Positions 1 to 14,336 of a DNA stretch of 64,000 bases are shown here, piece after piece. The notes under the pieces are model-generated. The model did no database searches. It was given only the letters and a program-made list of their open reading frames with translations, and had not been told where the DNA came from. Where the stretch lies: the NCBI RefSeq assembly GCF_964355755.1, contig NC_092680.1, forward strand, positions 4,278,001 to 4,342,000. The letters are read 5' to 3'. Position 1 is the stretch's first letter, and each line of letters starts with the position of its first letter. The position numbers were made by a program, and so were the translations under genes. Origin of the DNA: Antedon mediterranea. Its lineage: Eukaryota > Animalia > Echinodermata.

Positions 1-473
1 TTATATAATTTAAATATACATTAATTAAACATAATGAACGTTATAAGATATTTAATAAAACAAAAAACATGATGTTTACTGTATTACAAAAAATAAATAA
101 GACTAGAGGTAGGCCCTCCTCAACAATAACGTTACACGGTTTTCTAAAGCCGTTTTAATTTTTCAGAGATCAAAATAAATATTACGTACGGTACTAAATA
201 TACTTTAGGGTATCCTCTCATTGGAATGCAGGGATCAACGCTATGCTATTGGGTAACTTGGCAGAAAAAGTTAACATTGTATATGGACTACATAGCTTAT
301 AATATACATTAACAAATAATAGACAATTTTGTTTATGGGGAATCTAAATACCAGAAAGTTAGAGGTAGATACAGTTAGCTTCCACGGTAAAAACAGAATA
401 AAAAGAAATTATTTTATGGAACGGTTTTATGCCGTTCCAGGCCCACATACTGAAATGTTCGTTTCGTTAATGG

Positions 474-663
474 GCAACGAGTATACCAAGAAGATACGGG
501 TACTGCAACGAGTATACGAAGAAGTTGCCGGTACTGCAACGAGTATACGAAGAATATACCGGTACTGCAACGAGTATACGAAGAATATACCGGTACTGCA
601 ACGAGTATACGAAGAAGTTACGGGTACTGCAACGAGTATACGAAGAAGATACGGGTACTGCAA
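474..663. repeat. 31-bp minisatellite, ~6 copies (GCAACGAGTATACGAAGAAGATACGGGTACT)
   Basis: Unit starts at 474, 505, 536, 567, 598, 629 and 660 (partial). It explains the spurious repetitive ORFs 329-670, 427-663 and 525-833. Confidence 0.95.
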
Positions 664-719
664 GAAATGACGTTTTTTACGTTTCTATTTATAAACAATT
701 TATATTTGCACAAAAAGCG

Positions 720-3700
720 TTACACAGTTGTTACATATGCGTCAACCACCGTAATTTCCTCGTATGTAAACGCGATCGGCTGTTCGTCATAGAATTCTCT
801 GTAAAGACGGTTTCTGCACCTCTTTCGGTATAATAGAATGTAATTGATTAAAGCTGCAAATACGTGTAAACCAGCGCATATGTAAAACGATAGGTCATAC
901 GTCCCTGTCATTTCGTACATCATTCCTGAAAAGTGGAAAATAAACTAAATTAATCTTTTATAATATTAAATGTTATAAAGCTTGGTTCTCAATTGGACGC
1001 AACGCAACGTCGACGGCGCAACGCAAGTGTTGACAAATCACAAGCGACAGCCCGGATGATTCATCGCGTCGTGATTGGTCAAATTACTTGCGGTGCGCTT
1101 ACGTTCTTGTAGGAACCAAGCTCAATGTTTGGTTCCAACTAGACGCAAGCGCAACTTAAATGATTTTACCAATCATAATCAATTGATTATTTTCGTTTGC
1201 CATTGCGTTGCGTCTAAGTAGAAACCAATCTTTAGTTTGTTAAGCTCTGTCTACATTATCAAACTATAGTTTGACAAAAAAAATGTGTGATGTGCCCAAA
1301 TATGGTAGTGATATGCCCAAATATGGTAGTGATATATGCTCAAATATGGTAGTGATATGACATCATCATGTCCATATATGGGCGTCATTGGTTTCTTTCA
1401 TACGGGCATGTAGAGGTGTCCTTAATTCCTGATTTCATTTAATATACAAAATATATATTCAATATACAAGCGTATTTATTCAAAGTACGGCGATCTTATG
1501 TTAATTTCGATAGTGCTATAGTTCATTCTGAAAACTACATATAATAAAGCATTTTACGTAATATAAAAACTAAGATTAGTTTTTGTCATGAAATAACGAT
1601 TATGAGGAATTTGATAAACAGGCAAACTGCCTTAAAATGTCTTGACATGTTTTGAGAAACATCATCAGAACAGAAAACAATGCCTAGAGTACTTATATAC
1701 CTATAGGACAGGTTGTATGTAAATGAGGAAGTAATAATTTGTCATAACATGTTAATATGGACTGTAAAGTAACATACCTCCAACACCAGTAGCAAAAAGA
1801 CTACCGACACCAAAGCTACAGACGGCCATTGTACATGCCTGCACCTTGGATTCACTCGGAAAGACATCCACACAGAAGGCGTACTGGTAGCAGAGTGTTA
1901 CCGCTCTTGCAAGGCTTAGCACTAAAATGGAACAAAATTAGAAAAACAAATGTTGTTATGGCTGTAAAATGAATGTTTCCCTTAGTAGAAGAATGAGGAA
2001 ACATTGACAATCGTGACAAAGCAAATGGTATCATACAAATAAACATTCTGAAAATGTGAAACAAATATTTCTCGTTTTCTCATGATAAAATAATTATTAC
2101 CCATGAGGTGAAATTTGCATGTTCATAACATGAATTACACATTATTAAACAAACGAAATTATGCATATTCATAACATGAATTTACATATTAAACAAATGA
2201 AATTATGTATATTCATAACATGAATTTACACATTAAGCAAATGAAATTATGCATATTCATAACATGAAATATACATATTCAAAGGATGAATTAATGCATA
2301 TTCATAACATGAAACATACATTTACTTGTACGACTCATTTTAGACTATAACGTACAGTGTTGAAATTGTTTGAGGTTGATATATACATAATTGAGAAACA
2401 ATAATAACAAAAAAAAACAATCTAAAAAAAGACAGAAGAAAAGAAAGACATCGAATAATAACAATATTTCATCATCTTAAAATATATTTAAAAAATCCTG
2501 TTGGACATATGTTTACTGTGTATAATCCGGATTAGTGTACACGTGCGAATTTTGATGCTCAATGTTACACGTTATAATGCTTGTTAAAGGTTACCAGTTT
2601 TAATTTATAAGATAGTATATTTATGTTAAATATAGGTCTAGCCCAGTTTAAAAAAAAAACTTATAAATATTATTAAGTAGAATCCCCCTACAGTATGTGA
2701 TAACATAAATGCAATGCTGGTTTGTTTATTTTATTTATAAAAAAACATGCATTTTATTTAACAAAATAATATGTTATTAGTATCAATAATGTGTTAATTT
2801 TGAAGGAAATATCGGTTACTAAAACCATACCAAGGGATACAATTTTGCTTCAAATTTTCCCAAGCACTCATTTTGAAATTACGCTGAATTCCCACTTTTT
2901 TTTTTTTTGTTCTTTCAATTTTACCATTGGGGTGATGATGATGATTTAATAAATAATAATAATAAGACTGAATCTGTATAATTATCTTTCATTAGTAAAG
3001 AATGATTTATGGTACGGCAAACAGCCATCGTACTTAAATTGCCTTCTAAACTATGAAAGGCCAAGTGTGTAAAAACACACGCCCTTCACACGGTTACCTC
3101 GTAACGGTGATAGTGCGATGATGATAAATGATAGTCGTGGTCGATGTCATCGGTATAGTCGATTTATATGGAGATGTGTTTGCATATGTCAACGAACTCA
3201 ATAGTAACTCGTTTCGGTGTCGGTGGCGTCTTCAATACCCTCTCCATCGGTTACAGTCGGTTAGTGTTGTAAGCTTATCCAGTCTCCTTGGTCTCAATCT
3301 TCTCAGTTCACATGACATCAAAAGGAATTACGTCATACTTAAACGTTCAATGATCATCTAAGATGTAGTGACATGGTATTCCTTATGGATGGTATAAGAG
3401 ACGCGAGCGTAGTGGTCTGTCTGTTGGCAAACACGGTTTTGTTTTGGTACTTTACCCCACGGACCCCAACTGTATCTATCCTGTAGCAAACTTTTAAAAG
3501 AAGAAAGAATAAGATGTTTGAGGGAAAATTATAAACATGGTATTAGTAGAACTGAACCTTAGATAAACGCAGATGCAATGCACACAAGCTGCCTGAAATG
3601 TTTCTCACCTGCGTAACTTATAACAACACCTGTAAAAGTCGTCACGAACGGTAACGGTGCAATCGGAATTGCGCCGATTACGCACGCTAAGATGTACATC

Positions 3701-6700
3701 CCAGCAACACTGATGGGCAGTTTCCCGCCTAACAGCGTGACGAAAAGGCGGCCGAATAGATCGGCTCCACCCATTACACCAATTGCCATGGAACCTTGAT
3801 CATCACTGAATCCGACAGATTTCATAAAACTAGCCTAAAAAGAATAACAGAAACACATGCCATTACAATGTTTATATCCAATTTCATCTTGAATTATGAC
3901 ATGCGGCCGTCATACGAACAAAGGTTACGGACTCTAAAATTACCCACGATTTATAATAGACTTAAATTCATCCGTGTTAAATTTGTTGTGAAGTGCCTCT
4001 GTACAGATTTCCTAATTGATGGTGCTTTGCTACCTAAACCTGTTGAACGTAGAAGTGAGAAACTTGTTTTCAGACATGAGAAGTCTCGTACTAATGCTTT
4101 TTTTTATTCTGTTTTTATTTCATTTCCACGGATGTGGGATGAGATTCCGGTATATATAACAGACATGTTTATTTATAATGATTGCAATTTTTATTCTGTT
4201 TTATATAAATTCTATGTTACCGGGTTGTTAAATGTTTATCCTTGTTAATGTTATTTTGCCACCAGCACTATCAGGAGAGTCTTTTATAGCGATATTTTTT
4301 GCTTTTTGACAATCCGCCAGGATAGTGTTCTGCGCTTTTTCTCTGCTTGTTGTTGTTCTATGTAATATATGCTTTTTGTATTGTTTTTGTATTATTTTTT
4401 CTGGATAATAAATGAATATAATATGAATATGAATATACATAGCACTCTCAGATCTAATTGTATCAGTGCTGCATTGTATCATGTTTATTTAGTGTTTACA
4501 ATACTGGGTGTTTGGGGTTTATCTCAAACAACTTGATTTCGCGAGGAACGTCATTTCACAATGCATGATAGGAAAGGTTTGGGAGCAAACGTGACAACGT
4601 GTACATACAAACAAAAAATCACCTACGACGTACGCGTCGTGACGCTTGCTCCCAAACCCTTCCCATCATGCGTCACGCACGATATTTGCGATAAACCTTA
4701 TGGGCTATAGGTAGGTCTATTATTATCACTTTCACTGGTCTCTAGTTGAAAATGGCACTTCAGAAAAAAGAAGAATTTTAGTGAAATATTAAAATTAGAT
4801 CTACAATATACTTACTAAGTTAACATAGCTGAATACTACTGCAATACCCATTCCAGTGTAACTAAAAATAACAAGCCAACATTCAACTGTCTTTATAAAT
4901 TGGCAATATCGTTGAAGGAAAGACTTTGATTCCAATTCGGCATAGACCACTTCGACGCACACCTTCTTGGTGTCTTTACCACACCCTGTTTCCACGTCTT
5001 TAGAAGAGTACTCCTCAATGTTTTTGACAGGTTTGTAGTCAATGTTGTTGTTTTTTGGCGGCGATTTCAAAAATACACAACACACTAATCCGACGGGTAA
5101 GATTAGTCCAGACATAACACGTAGAGCTCCTCGCCATCCCACCGCGTTAAATAGAACTTCTAGGATTTGCGAAATTGCCATTATGCCTGTAAATAAAACA
5201 TATAATAACAAATAAATATTGTATGTATAATTACATATACACCTTAAACACGGTGTCAATCAATGACCAAAGTTGGAAAAGAAAAAAAGAAAAATCTGTA
5301 AAAGCAGCAGCTGATATAAACTACTTAAAAAATTACATACGTTTTCATAATGAAATGTAATAATGAAAAGTTGATGTTTGTTCTCACTTGGACGCAAACG
5401 CGCCGCATCCGAACTGTCCCTTGCGAGTATGAGGTCATTGCGTTGTTGTACGCGTCTGGTGGTGCGCTGGGGTAGACACGTCCGTAGCACGTAGCGAAGA
5501 TGTTATCGACGACATAAGTGAAAGCGAACTCGACACGGAAATTCAAACAGCGTGTGCATATTATGACAGTCACTCTTTCATTGCATTGTAGAACATCAAA
5601 AACAAATTTACTTATGTAAAATAGAAATACTGTGTAAACTGTCAGGGGAAAATTGCGAACATTTTGTATATCTTATCATTATTACTTAAGGAACGCGACA
5701 TTGCGATAATAATCGCAGTAATGAGCGTATTATAATATCTATTGATTTGATAAACTATATTGCTACTGTTCAAAGTTCATAACACGCACTCTAATACTGT
5801 CTAATTTAGTTGAATAAGGCAGATAAGTTATCAGGCTTATATAGATACATTGTAATTCTATGTGGAACGAGGGGTCCGTGAATTAAATGAGTTTACATAA
5901 AACAGATTGAGCAAAACTATAGTGATTGAATTTGAATTGAACAAAAACTTCAAACTAGGCCTATAAGGCATGCATATGTATACACAAATGTATCGTGCAT
6001 ATAAACGTACAAAAAAACGCGTCGTTTCGTTTTTGTGTGTTGAGGTATATGTGCGAAACTACAATAGGCCTAACTGTTCACAATAATCAGTGTATACAAA
6101 CGGAATATTATCTGCTTAGACAGCGGATTTGAATGGTTAAAAATAATATACCCTGGGAAAGCGATGGCGTACGGACAAAAGCGAATTATCTGTCAAGGAT
6201 GATCATCACGCCTAAATTAATGTGGAGGTTCCAGATTGAATAGATAGACTTGTTAAGAGTGGTTCATTTTCAAATTCAGATTGTACTTTAAGCTATAGAA
6301 TTTCGCCTTGACTTCGTCTTGTTCCAATATATCACGAAGATTATAAATGCAGGGTTGTTACTATATTTATAACATACGATCATATACCGGTACCCAACAC
6401 GTAGCAAATAAACTGTGATTGGTCCATTACAAATTTGCATACAATATAGTCGATGTTACGGTATATAAAAACAAACAGGAAAGTAAAGACTTAATTTCTT
6501 ATTGCATCCTATCCACTATAATGACAAACGTAGGACAGGTAGGCTTAATAATAAATATTAATGTTATTATTACTGTTCCCTGAGATGATGCAATTTTTAA
6601 ACAAGTTCAGTACCGAGGATTGCGTAATCTTAAACGTAATCGTTTCAACCTCGACCTTATATTAGTTTTGTTATTTTCATAAACAACAACTGCAGTCCTA

Positions 6701-9700
6701 TTAATGCAATGATTTGGTTGAGTTGTGGGGAATCCATTATGACTACTGACCTGTGAAAGTGACTATCAATAACGATTCCTATTATAATGGGCACACGTCT
6801 TTAAATTTGGAATCGCCCATGACCCATAGGCCTACATCATCAATACATTTAGTTTGTATTTTATAAATCATGTATGATTTAATATACACAACGTAAGGAA
6901 GAGCGACGCAAGTAGTTTGACCAATCACGGCATGATGGATCATTCAAACGGTCGCTTGTGATTGGTCAATTTATTTGCGTTTCGCCGACGCCTTTGCGTT
7001 GCGAAAAAAAAGGAGAACTAAGCTTGATTGAGAAAGGTTTGGTTCCGCAATTATGTGCTTGAAACTCCCAATTAGAGCAAACTCAATGAATACAAACGTT
7101 ATACAGCAACTTGACCTCCATATATATTTTTATCTGGCCTATAGAACTGGAAGAAAAAAGACATAATATAGGCCTACTATACTTACCAGCACCGGTTCCT
7201 GTGATGGCTAGACCAGTTGCTTTTGCGCATTTCTTTTCGTCGAAATATAAAACAATAAGGCTAAGGGACGGATGCTGTATAAAGTTAGTGCCTAAACCAA
7301 ATACGATGCTATAACTGAAGAAGATGTACTTGATTGCTGGCATGAATGACGTCACAAACAGACCTCCAGAACACATAAGAAAACCTAGGGCGACCACCCC
7401 ACGATATGTTATCCTTTCGGCTAAGTAAGTTGATAGAGGTGATGGAAGAGTCAACAGAGCAATTGCGATGCATCCTATCCAACCTGTAAAATAATAAAAT
7501 AAACTTATTATGTTAAAGATAATTGTCCCCCTAAAAAAATTGTTTGTTGTTGAATATGCCATTTTAATATCACATAAGAGTTATTCACACTTTGACCAAA
7601 AACTGGATCGAAAAAATAAATATATTTTCCAGGAAAAATGTAAGTTAAAGAATAAAATACCTAACTTGTCTGTCAGACATTGGTTTTTGGTTAAAATTGA
7701 CCGCTTTTTTTTTTTTGTGAAGTGAAATAATTGTTTTTGTTGATTTTTTTCTACAGAAGTGAATAACTTGATTAAAACTGTCAAATGGCCTATTCAAATT
7801 CTAATTAATAATCTTCATTTTTTGGGGGACAATACATGTTTAATAGCAAGGCTACTAACATTTTGTATGACAATTTTTTTGCACCGTCAAACAATATATC
7901 CATGTCCCCCAAAAACATGATTATTCAAATCAGACTTATATGTTGCATAAAAAACAAAGTAATTAATAATTGTCATAATTTCATTTAGGCTGTTCACAGT
8001 GAGTGCTTTACAATGTCACCTTGTGAAAATCGTAATCTGTTATAACAATGTGGGTCATTATTCTTTTTTTATCGGTAGAATTCTTGACATTCGGATAACA
8101 ATGCACGTCTAGGGTGAAATTGGTATCAAAACTATCAGTGTGTATATTGTAAGGGGGGGGGGGGATGAGAATAGATTTTAGCAATGCGTTAAGTATGATC
8201 TGAGTTGACTATTAGTCTATTCTTTTATTGTATCGTGTAAGAGATATGATCATTCTTGTGTAACGTTCTAATTGAAAGTACATTATATCTGTTTTAGAAA
8301 TCGACCTAGAATATTGTGAAAAAAATCCTGGGCAAAAAATATTATGGGTGGAATAGTTTGTGTTTTTCCGCACGGGTGCGAGTTTAAGCTTGTACCAAAT
8401 TTGACGCAACGTATTTTAGGAAGCGCACCGCACGGAATCGACAGCATCATCCAACATTATACCGTATATCGATCGCCTGTATTGGTAAAATCACATGCGT
8501 TCAAGTTAGACTTGCCCCAAGTTATATTTATTGTCTTATTTATTGATTTTTTTTTATTTCGATTTTTGTCTGAAAATACAAGCTCAAGCAGTATACGTAT
8601 GAAAGGCCATATGTGCCAAAACATTTATCTTTTTACTAATATTAAGTCAAGACTCCGTCTAGAACCCAGACTACGTTCACGTAGCCAAACAACGGAACCA
8701 AACAATGAATAACACGTAAACACATAGCATTACGCTGTGCAATATTATATGTTTTAAACAAAAGAATGTTGATTATTTTAATATTTGATAACTGATTTTT
8801 AACATAATATAAGGCACGATTTGTTAGCTACGATAACATCCCCAAGGAAACGAGAAGATTGACAACAGACTGGTCACACTTCCTTTAGGATTACGGTTTC
8901 CCAGCAACAGCTATGCTTACCATAATAATATGGCACAGCACATGTGATTCCAAAGGTAGGCCTACAGTACTGGATAACGACGACCAGGTAAAATATCAAG
9001 GTCTTATCCGACAACGATATTGGTCAAAATATTATCATTTGGTACAAACAAACACGGTGAGACATGGCCTTCATCAGAGATTAATACTAGATTATTATTG
9101 TGAACCCATGAACTCACCAGTATGAGACCATCAAGCGTCTGTTTAATATAGGTCTGGGGAAATACTGCACTTCAAATCACGCTGTCAAATTGCTACCCAC
9201 TAAAAAATAGTTTGATTTGATAGGGAGCTAAGTGTCGTCATACATCCAATTGGTTATACATTTTGTTGCATTATGTAACACAAATAGCTTTTTCGGCTGA
9301 CACTTGACTCTCAAAACAGTATCTCACATAATTACAAAAACAAAATTAATACCTACATTTTGATAATTAAATCATTGAGAGGCCTAAGACCTAAATACTA
9401 GACAATTGGGAGTATATACAGGTACAACTTTTTTACTACAGTACCTCGAGGAGAAGTACGTGTTGCCAATGTCGGGACTTCATTATAAAGGTTTCGATCC
9501 CAGAAGGTTAAATCCAAAAGATCATGAATTCAAATAGGCCCACAATTTTGCTTTATTTGTATTTTTTATACATCTCCACTTAAAACCGAATTAAATATTT
9601 GCTATAAGGCCTACGGACAGAGTGACAAACTAACCGCATGAAAAGAATGTGGTCAGCATAGTATAGGCATATTGATTGATTGGTTGATATTTTTAGACCT

Positions 9701-12301
9701 ATGTCTACTTGCATGTATTCCCTTTGGCTAGAGGCCAAAATGTCTAGCATTATATGATTAAATTTTGGCATATAACCCAATGAGGCCCAACCGAGCACAT
9801 TATATTACATGCTGCTCGCAGGCCTCCACTTATATTATGTTGCATGCATGGCGTTTGCCAAATGCATATTTTGTAACTTATTTCAATTTAAAAAAAGTGT
9901 ACATTTAAGGTTTTGATCATGGATATACGCCTAGCTACCTATTATGTTTTGCAGTAATAAGCAAGTAATAAATATGATGAGCTTGTCAAGGTCGTAACAG
10001 TGTCAGAGAGAGAGAGAAAATAGTATGTTTTAAAGCGTTTAAAAACCAGCCAGCAGAAATAGGCTCATAATAATTATCAAATGATCGATATTGTCAGATA
10101 TATAGAGCGAGAGGCGGCTTAGCTAGCTATATAAAGAAAATCTCCATAACAATTGAAATATTCAAAAAAATCAAGGTGGTAGTGGTAAACAATTGTGTGC
10201 TAATTTCTGTACAGTATTTTATTCCATATCATATACTTAAAAACAAAATGTGCTCATTAATATATCTTTATCGCGTTAATACACCGTTCAATATACCGGT
10301 TCAATGTGAATCAGTGCTGATGTGATTATAGTACCGTACTAATCCATACTTCCATCTTCTATAATACGGCAACAAGTAGCAAGCTGTTTTCAGGTATAGC
10401 CTACTCGAAGATGATAGACATTCTTAAGAACAAAAGATTTCAAAATCATTACGTGGTGTTGTGAAATACCGTAACGCTTTTATTACAGTGTAGAAAAGAA
10501 GACCGAATGAGAACAATTAACATACGGTAGCCTTCCACAACCAAGACCAAATCGAAGTAGGAATATTATAAAGCTTACATTAGGAAGCAACGCAATTACG
10601 TAAGCGCAACGCAAGCAATTTGACCAATCACGATGAATCATTATCCATCGCTGACATGATTGGTCAAATTACTTACATTGCGCTTACGTCCTTCCATTGC
10701 GTCCTAGTGGGAATTAAAAGAAGCTTAAGTATGCGCAACATCAACGCACACGTTACCACGGAGAGAGACGTGCGCAAAAACTGTGACATTGTTCATCACA
10801 ATTTGAACGCACGCGACAGCTGTTTTTCAAATGCTTAGTTCCCAAGAGAGACGCAACACAAGGACGTAACGCAACGCAAGTTACTGTGAGATCTATAATA
10901 ATATAATATAATAGATTTATATAGTGCACAAAATTATAACAAAAATGATTTTATTTCCTCTGATTATATAAATCAAATGTTTACTGTATTTTATAACCTC
11001 CTTCTTTATTTCCTTGTTTTTATTAAATTAAAACTAAAGTCCACTTTAGAAAGAAACTAACTGGGACTAGCCGTGGTAAGAACAGTATCCAATGTGTCTT
11101 TTTACTAGGCTGTTCCTGTTATTGTATTTTGTTGTATATTTAAAATTAAATTGTCAGTGTGAATACGGTATGTTGCAATCATTTGAAAGAAGTGTTCTTT
11201 TTCATTTTCTATTAATGACGTGAATCACATTATCGATCATCACGTGATGTATTTGGAATTGTAATAATTGTAATGACGAAATTAATTTAGGTCTATAATG
11301 ATTTCATTCTTGAGACGGTACCAGTAGTAATAATAGAAGTGTCGTTGACCGTATTAATGATATTTAAATATTAAACTTGAAATGTACTTATAACAGCTTA
11401 ATATTATTTACAATAATAATAATAACAACAACTAAAGAATGACATAAATTTACTCCGTTCCAATCCTGATCTTTTTTCATTTACTGTCTATCAATATAAT
11501 GACATATGAACAACATTGCATGTGAAAGAACAGACACTGTGATATTTATGAATGTTTCTAGTATTAATAAAAATGAAACATTAAATAAAGGTATTTATTT
11601 TATATTCAATATGAATGTCGTCCATCCACTATACTATTACAAAAGTCCTGCTTTAAATAATGACATGATATAGTACTCTTATTTAAAGATGTATTGTCCC
11701 CACAAAAACATGGAAAATGAAGATTAATTAAATCAGATTTTGAATGTTATTTTGTAGTTTTAATAAAGTTAATCACTTCCATAGAAAAAAAAACTAAAAA
11801 AAAATGTTTTCATTTGTAAAATGACAAAATAAATGGTTAAATTCAACCAAAAATCTAATGACTGGCAGCCAATTTGACCATTTTTTGCTTTAAATTACAT
11901 TTTTTTTCACTCAAATTTTTGGTCAAAGTGGATAACTATTATGTTCTATTAAAATGGAATATTCAACCAAATTTTTTAAAGAATTTTTTTTTCAGGGGGA
12001 CAATACATCTTGTATATTTTGTAGGGCTATATTAATATATATATTAAAAACACAGTATTTTTCAAGGCATACCTGTCTCTCCTGCACCACTGTCGAACTC
12101 CTCTTGAAGTCGAACGAATAGAAGATTGTAATTGTATAGCACACCTAACACAGGTATGTACATCAACGCTGAAACACACACAATCGCCCATCCTTGGTAC
12201 TCTTGTAAAAGTTTCTGAGTCCGTTTGGAGCATTGTGCAACGCAATTTGTTTCTAAATGTTCGTGGAAGGCAACAGCAGGCTTCTCGATATCCTTCCCCA
12301 T
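720..12301 (-). CDS. SLC16 / monocarboxylate transporter family MFS protein, paralog A (~490 aa, 6 coding exons)
   Basis: Exons 12301-12073, 7483-7187, 5186-4816, 3834-3609, 1921-1778, 925-720. All introns are GT-AG, phases are consistent, total 1473 nt. MCT motifs: TM1 GWAIV..., LQEEF...ETGWIG, YSIVFGLG, GWRGALR, TM8 DLFGR, YEMTGTYDLSFY. In-frame TGA lies directly before the ATG. Confidence 0.9.
978..1232. mobile_element. Two degenerate copies of MITE family 2 (AGCTTGGTTC...GAACCAAGCT)
   Basis: Shares TIR and internal motifs (gacgcaacgcaa, caatcacaagcga, gtgattggtcaa) with the intact copies at 27694 and 41373. Confidence 0.7.
1243..1383. mobile_element. MITE family 1 (AGCTCTGTCTACAC TIR), truncated copy
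   Basis: Matches the copy at 38137-38274 and contains 3 internal GCCCAAATATGGTAGTGATAT units. Confidence 0.8.
2110..2325. repeat. ~41-bp degenerate tandem repeat (~5 copies)
   Basis: Repeated core gaaattatgcatattcataacatgaa. Confidence 0.8.
3880..4440 (+). mobile_element. 5'-truncated CR1/L2-like LINE 3' end, antisense within an SLC16A intron
   Basis: Translation SYEQRLRTLKLPTIYNRL...SRTNAFFYSVF..FPRMWDEIP resembles the C-terminus of CR1-clade ORF2. It is followed by a 3'UTR and an AATAAA-(TGAATA)n-like tail near 4410-4440. Confidence 0.75.
4514..4700. mobile_element. Palindromic MITE-like element
   Basis: Inverted arms catgataggaaaggtttgggagcaa / ttgctcccaaacccttcccatcatg, with outer ggtttatctcaaa / tttgcgataaacc. 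Confidence 0.6.
7517..7839. mobile_element. Non-autonomous DNA element with AGATGTATTGTCCCC-type TIRs and TTAA flanks (Kolobok-like)
   Basis: TTAA at 7513-16 and 7840-43, with TIRs at both ends. Homologous to 11687-12010 (inverted) and to ~31572-31845. Confidence 0.75.
10570..10728. mobile_element. MITE family 2, degenerate copy
   Basis: gcaacgcaag..ttgaccaatcac...gattggtcaaattacttacattgcg...ctagtgggaa. Confidence 0.65.
11687..12010. mobile_element. Kolobok-like MITE, reverse-orientation copy of 7517-7839
   Basis: TIRs AGATGTATTGTCCCC / GGGGACAATACATCT. Internal ggtcaaagtg is the reverse complement of cactttgacc in the 7517 copy. Confidence 0.75.
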
Positions 12302-14336
12302 TCAAACCACCTGATTTGGTTTACAAATAGCTGTATTTTACCCAGCTCCCCGATTCCAAAGAACACGAGGAAACCAGCGTAACCAAACGTTATTAACGAA
12401 ATCTAGTATCTACCTCACAATTCAGGATACACTGATTTAAAACGTATTATAATTTGACTGCGTTACAGCGTTTATTTATAGATTTCCACTTCACAGGCTT
12501 AACAGCTGATCGAATGTAAACAAAGAATATACGAAGCAGCAATATGCATCAACAATAACGGAATCTCTTCCACAGCGCGATAAGACTTAGCTGTCAACAA
12601 ATTCCTTGCTTTTCCTACCAAAATACATCAACAGGCCCAAGATGACATTATTATAAGAAGGGCTAACATCCACACTAAAATGTGCGTCGTTTTCCTCTGC
12701 TGCCTGAACGTATGCTGCTGTGGTTGTAAAAAATAATAGATGTCTAGCTACGTTTAGCTATGGAGACAATGCGCATTGGCTTACTGCGCATGCCGGTTTT
12801 GACCGGTTCTTATCGGTCGGAACAATCAATTCTATTCGCCCATAAAAAACCATTGTTACTGGTGTATTTGAATCAATTTCGAAATGTTTTTATTAGAAAA
12901 CCTACTTTAGTTATTACGGTTCATTCGGATTATGGTTGAATATAATTATGTCGAATTATGTTTTCTAATCTTAAAATAAAAAGAAAAATAAATCAGCGAT
13001 GTTTGACAGTCTTTTTTCGTGCGAAACCAGATGTGATTCTCAAAATTTATTTTTTTTACATCTCTCAGTGTAATGCCAATTACCTAAATTAATAAATAAA
13101 ATGAATTACAACGTGAACTATTTGTTCGTAATGATTGTATAATTTAACTGAAACAAAAAATGTCATGTGGTGCACGAAATCTAGGCCCATTTATGATCAT
13201 GGAGGTATTCCATATAATGCTTACGGAGGCCCGGGTTCGATCGATCGCTGGGTCTATCTATCTCATTAGAATGTATTGTAGGGTGGCTAATAGGGGGGGG
13301 GGGGGTGATGGCGCAAGAATTTTTCCAAATCGTCTCAATTATGGAAATAGGAATACATGTAAAACAAATAAATGTAACAATTAAATGGGGTAATGTTTGT
13401 AGAAATTGTAATTGTTGATGCAATTCAGTTCTTGATTGCAATATCATATTATATATTTTTATATATACCAGAATAAAATATTTAAAAAATCAATAAAAAT
13501 AATAATGTTCAGCGCTTAGAGGTTTCACAACTTTAGGCGCTATAACAATTCAGGATATTAATATTATTATTATTAGGCCTATATAACAGGAAAATCGGAA
13601 TATTAACAACAGGTAGGCCTACTCTACATTGTAGTGCCAGCCTCATTAATGATTGTAGAATTCTTTATTTTATTATTTTAAGAAAATCGATATCATAATG
13701 GCTTGATATGTGTAGGCTTAATTCAATTTAAAATGTTTTAGTCTTATAAACAACGTCTCTTATATAAGTCAAAGATGCTCTCCGGGTGGAATGTCATCCT
13801 GAGATGAGTAGTATTGTAATTAGTACAGTTTTATTTATAGTTTATACGGAATTTTACTTTCTATAGACCAGAGATTCCAAAATAAAAGATTGATTGATAA
13901 TATGAATTTGACCCTGGTAAATATAGCTATGGTAATTAAAAAGGTGTACCTCGATGCAAATTTGATTGTCACTCGCTTTGATTAAATAATCCAGCTCTGC
14001 CATAATTCCCAGGTAATGTTGATTGTGTACGGCCTTCATTAAAAATCTAACTGTGATAGCTTATCGATCATCTTTCTTCAGTGACCTAAGAAAACGTGCA
14101 CTAATATCTATTCATACGCGGTAAATTGAAATTAGGTATCTCTTGTTTGATTGTTAGAAGGACGAATGATACAAACAGTAGTGACCATAGGCGGAGCAAA
14201 GATGTACAGGGGAGGGGGGTCTTAACATATACATCGGAAAAGAGAAAATAAATTCAGCAGTTAATTTTACAATTTTTGGCCCGTGTGTGACCATGACTCT
14301 ATATCACATGACACAACTCGTTTGGATAGTCTATAA

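Noticed and set aside
474-663. CRISPR-like array or repeat-protein ORFs (329-670, 427-663, 525-833)
   Set aside because: Units are contiguous with no unique spacers and no cas genes, in a eukaryotic context. The ORFs are by-products of a stop-free 31-bp unit.
3796-4248. Nested 150-aa gene on the + strand
   Set aside because: It is a LINE ORF2 C-terminal remnant joined by chance to antisense SLC16A exon sequence.
13500-13575. Conserved-looking stem-loop (agcgcttagag...gcgctata), also near 45700 and 62290
   Set aside because: Typical L2/SINE 3' tail followed by (TAT)n, not an ncRNA gene.
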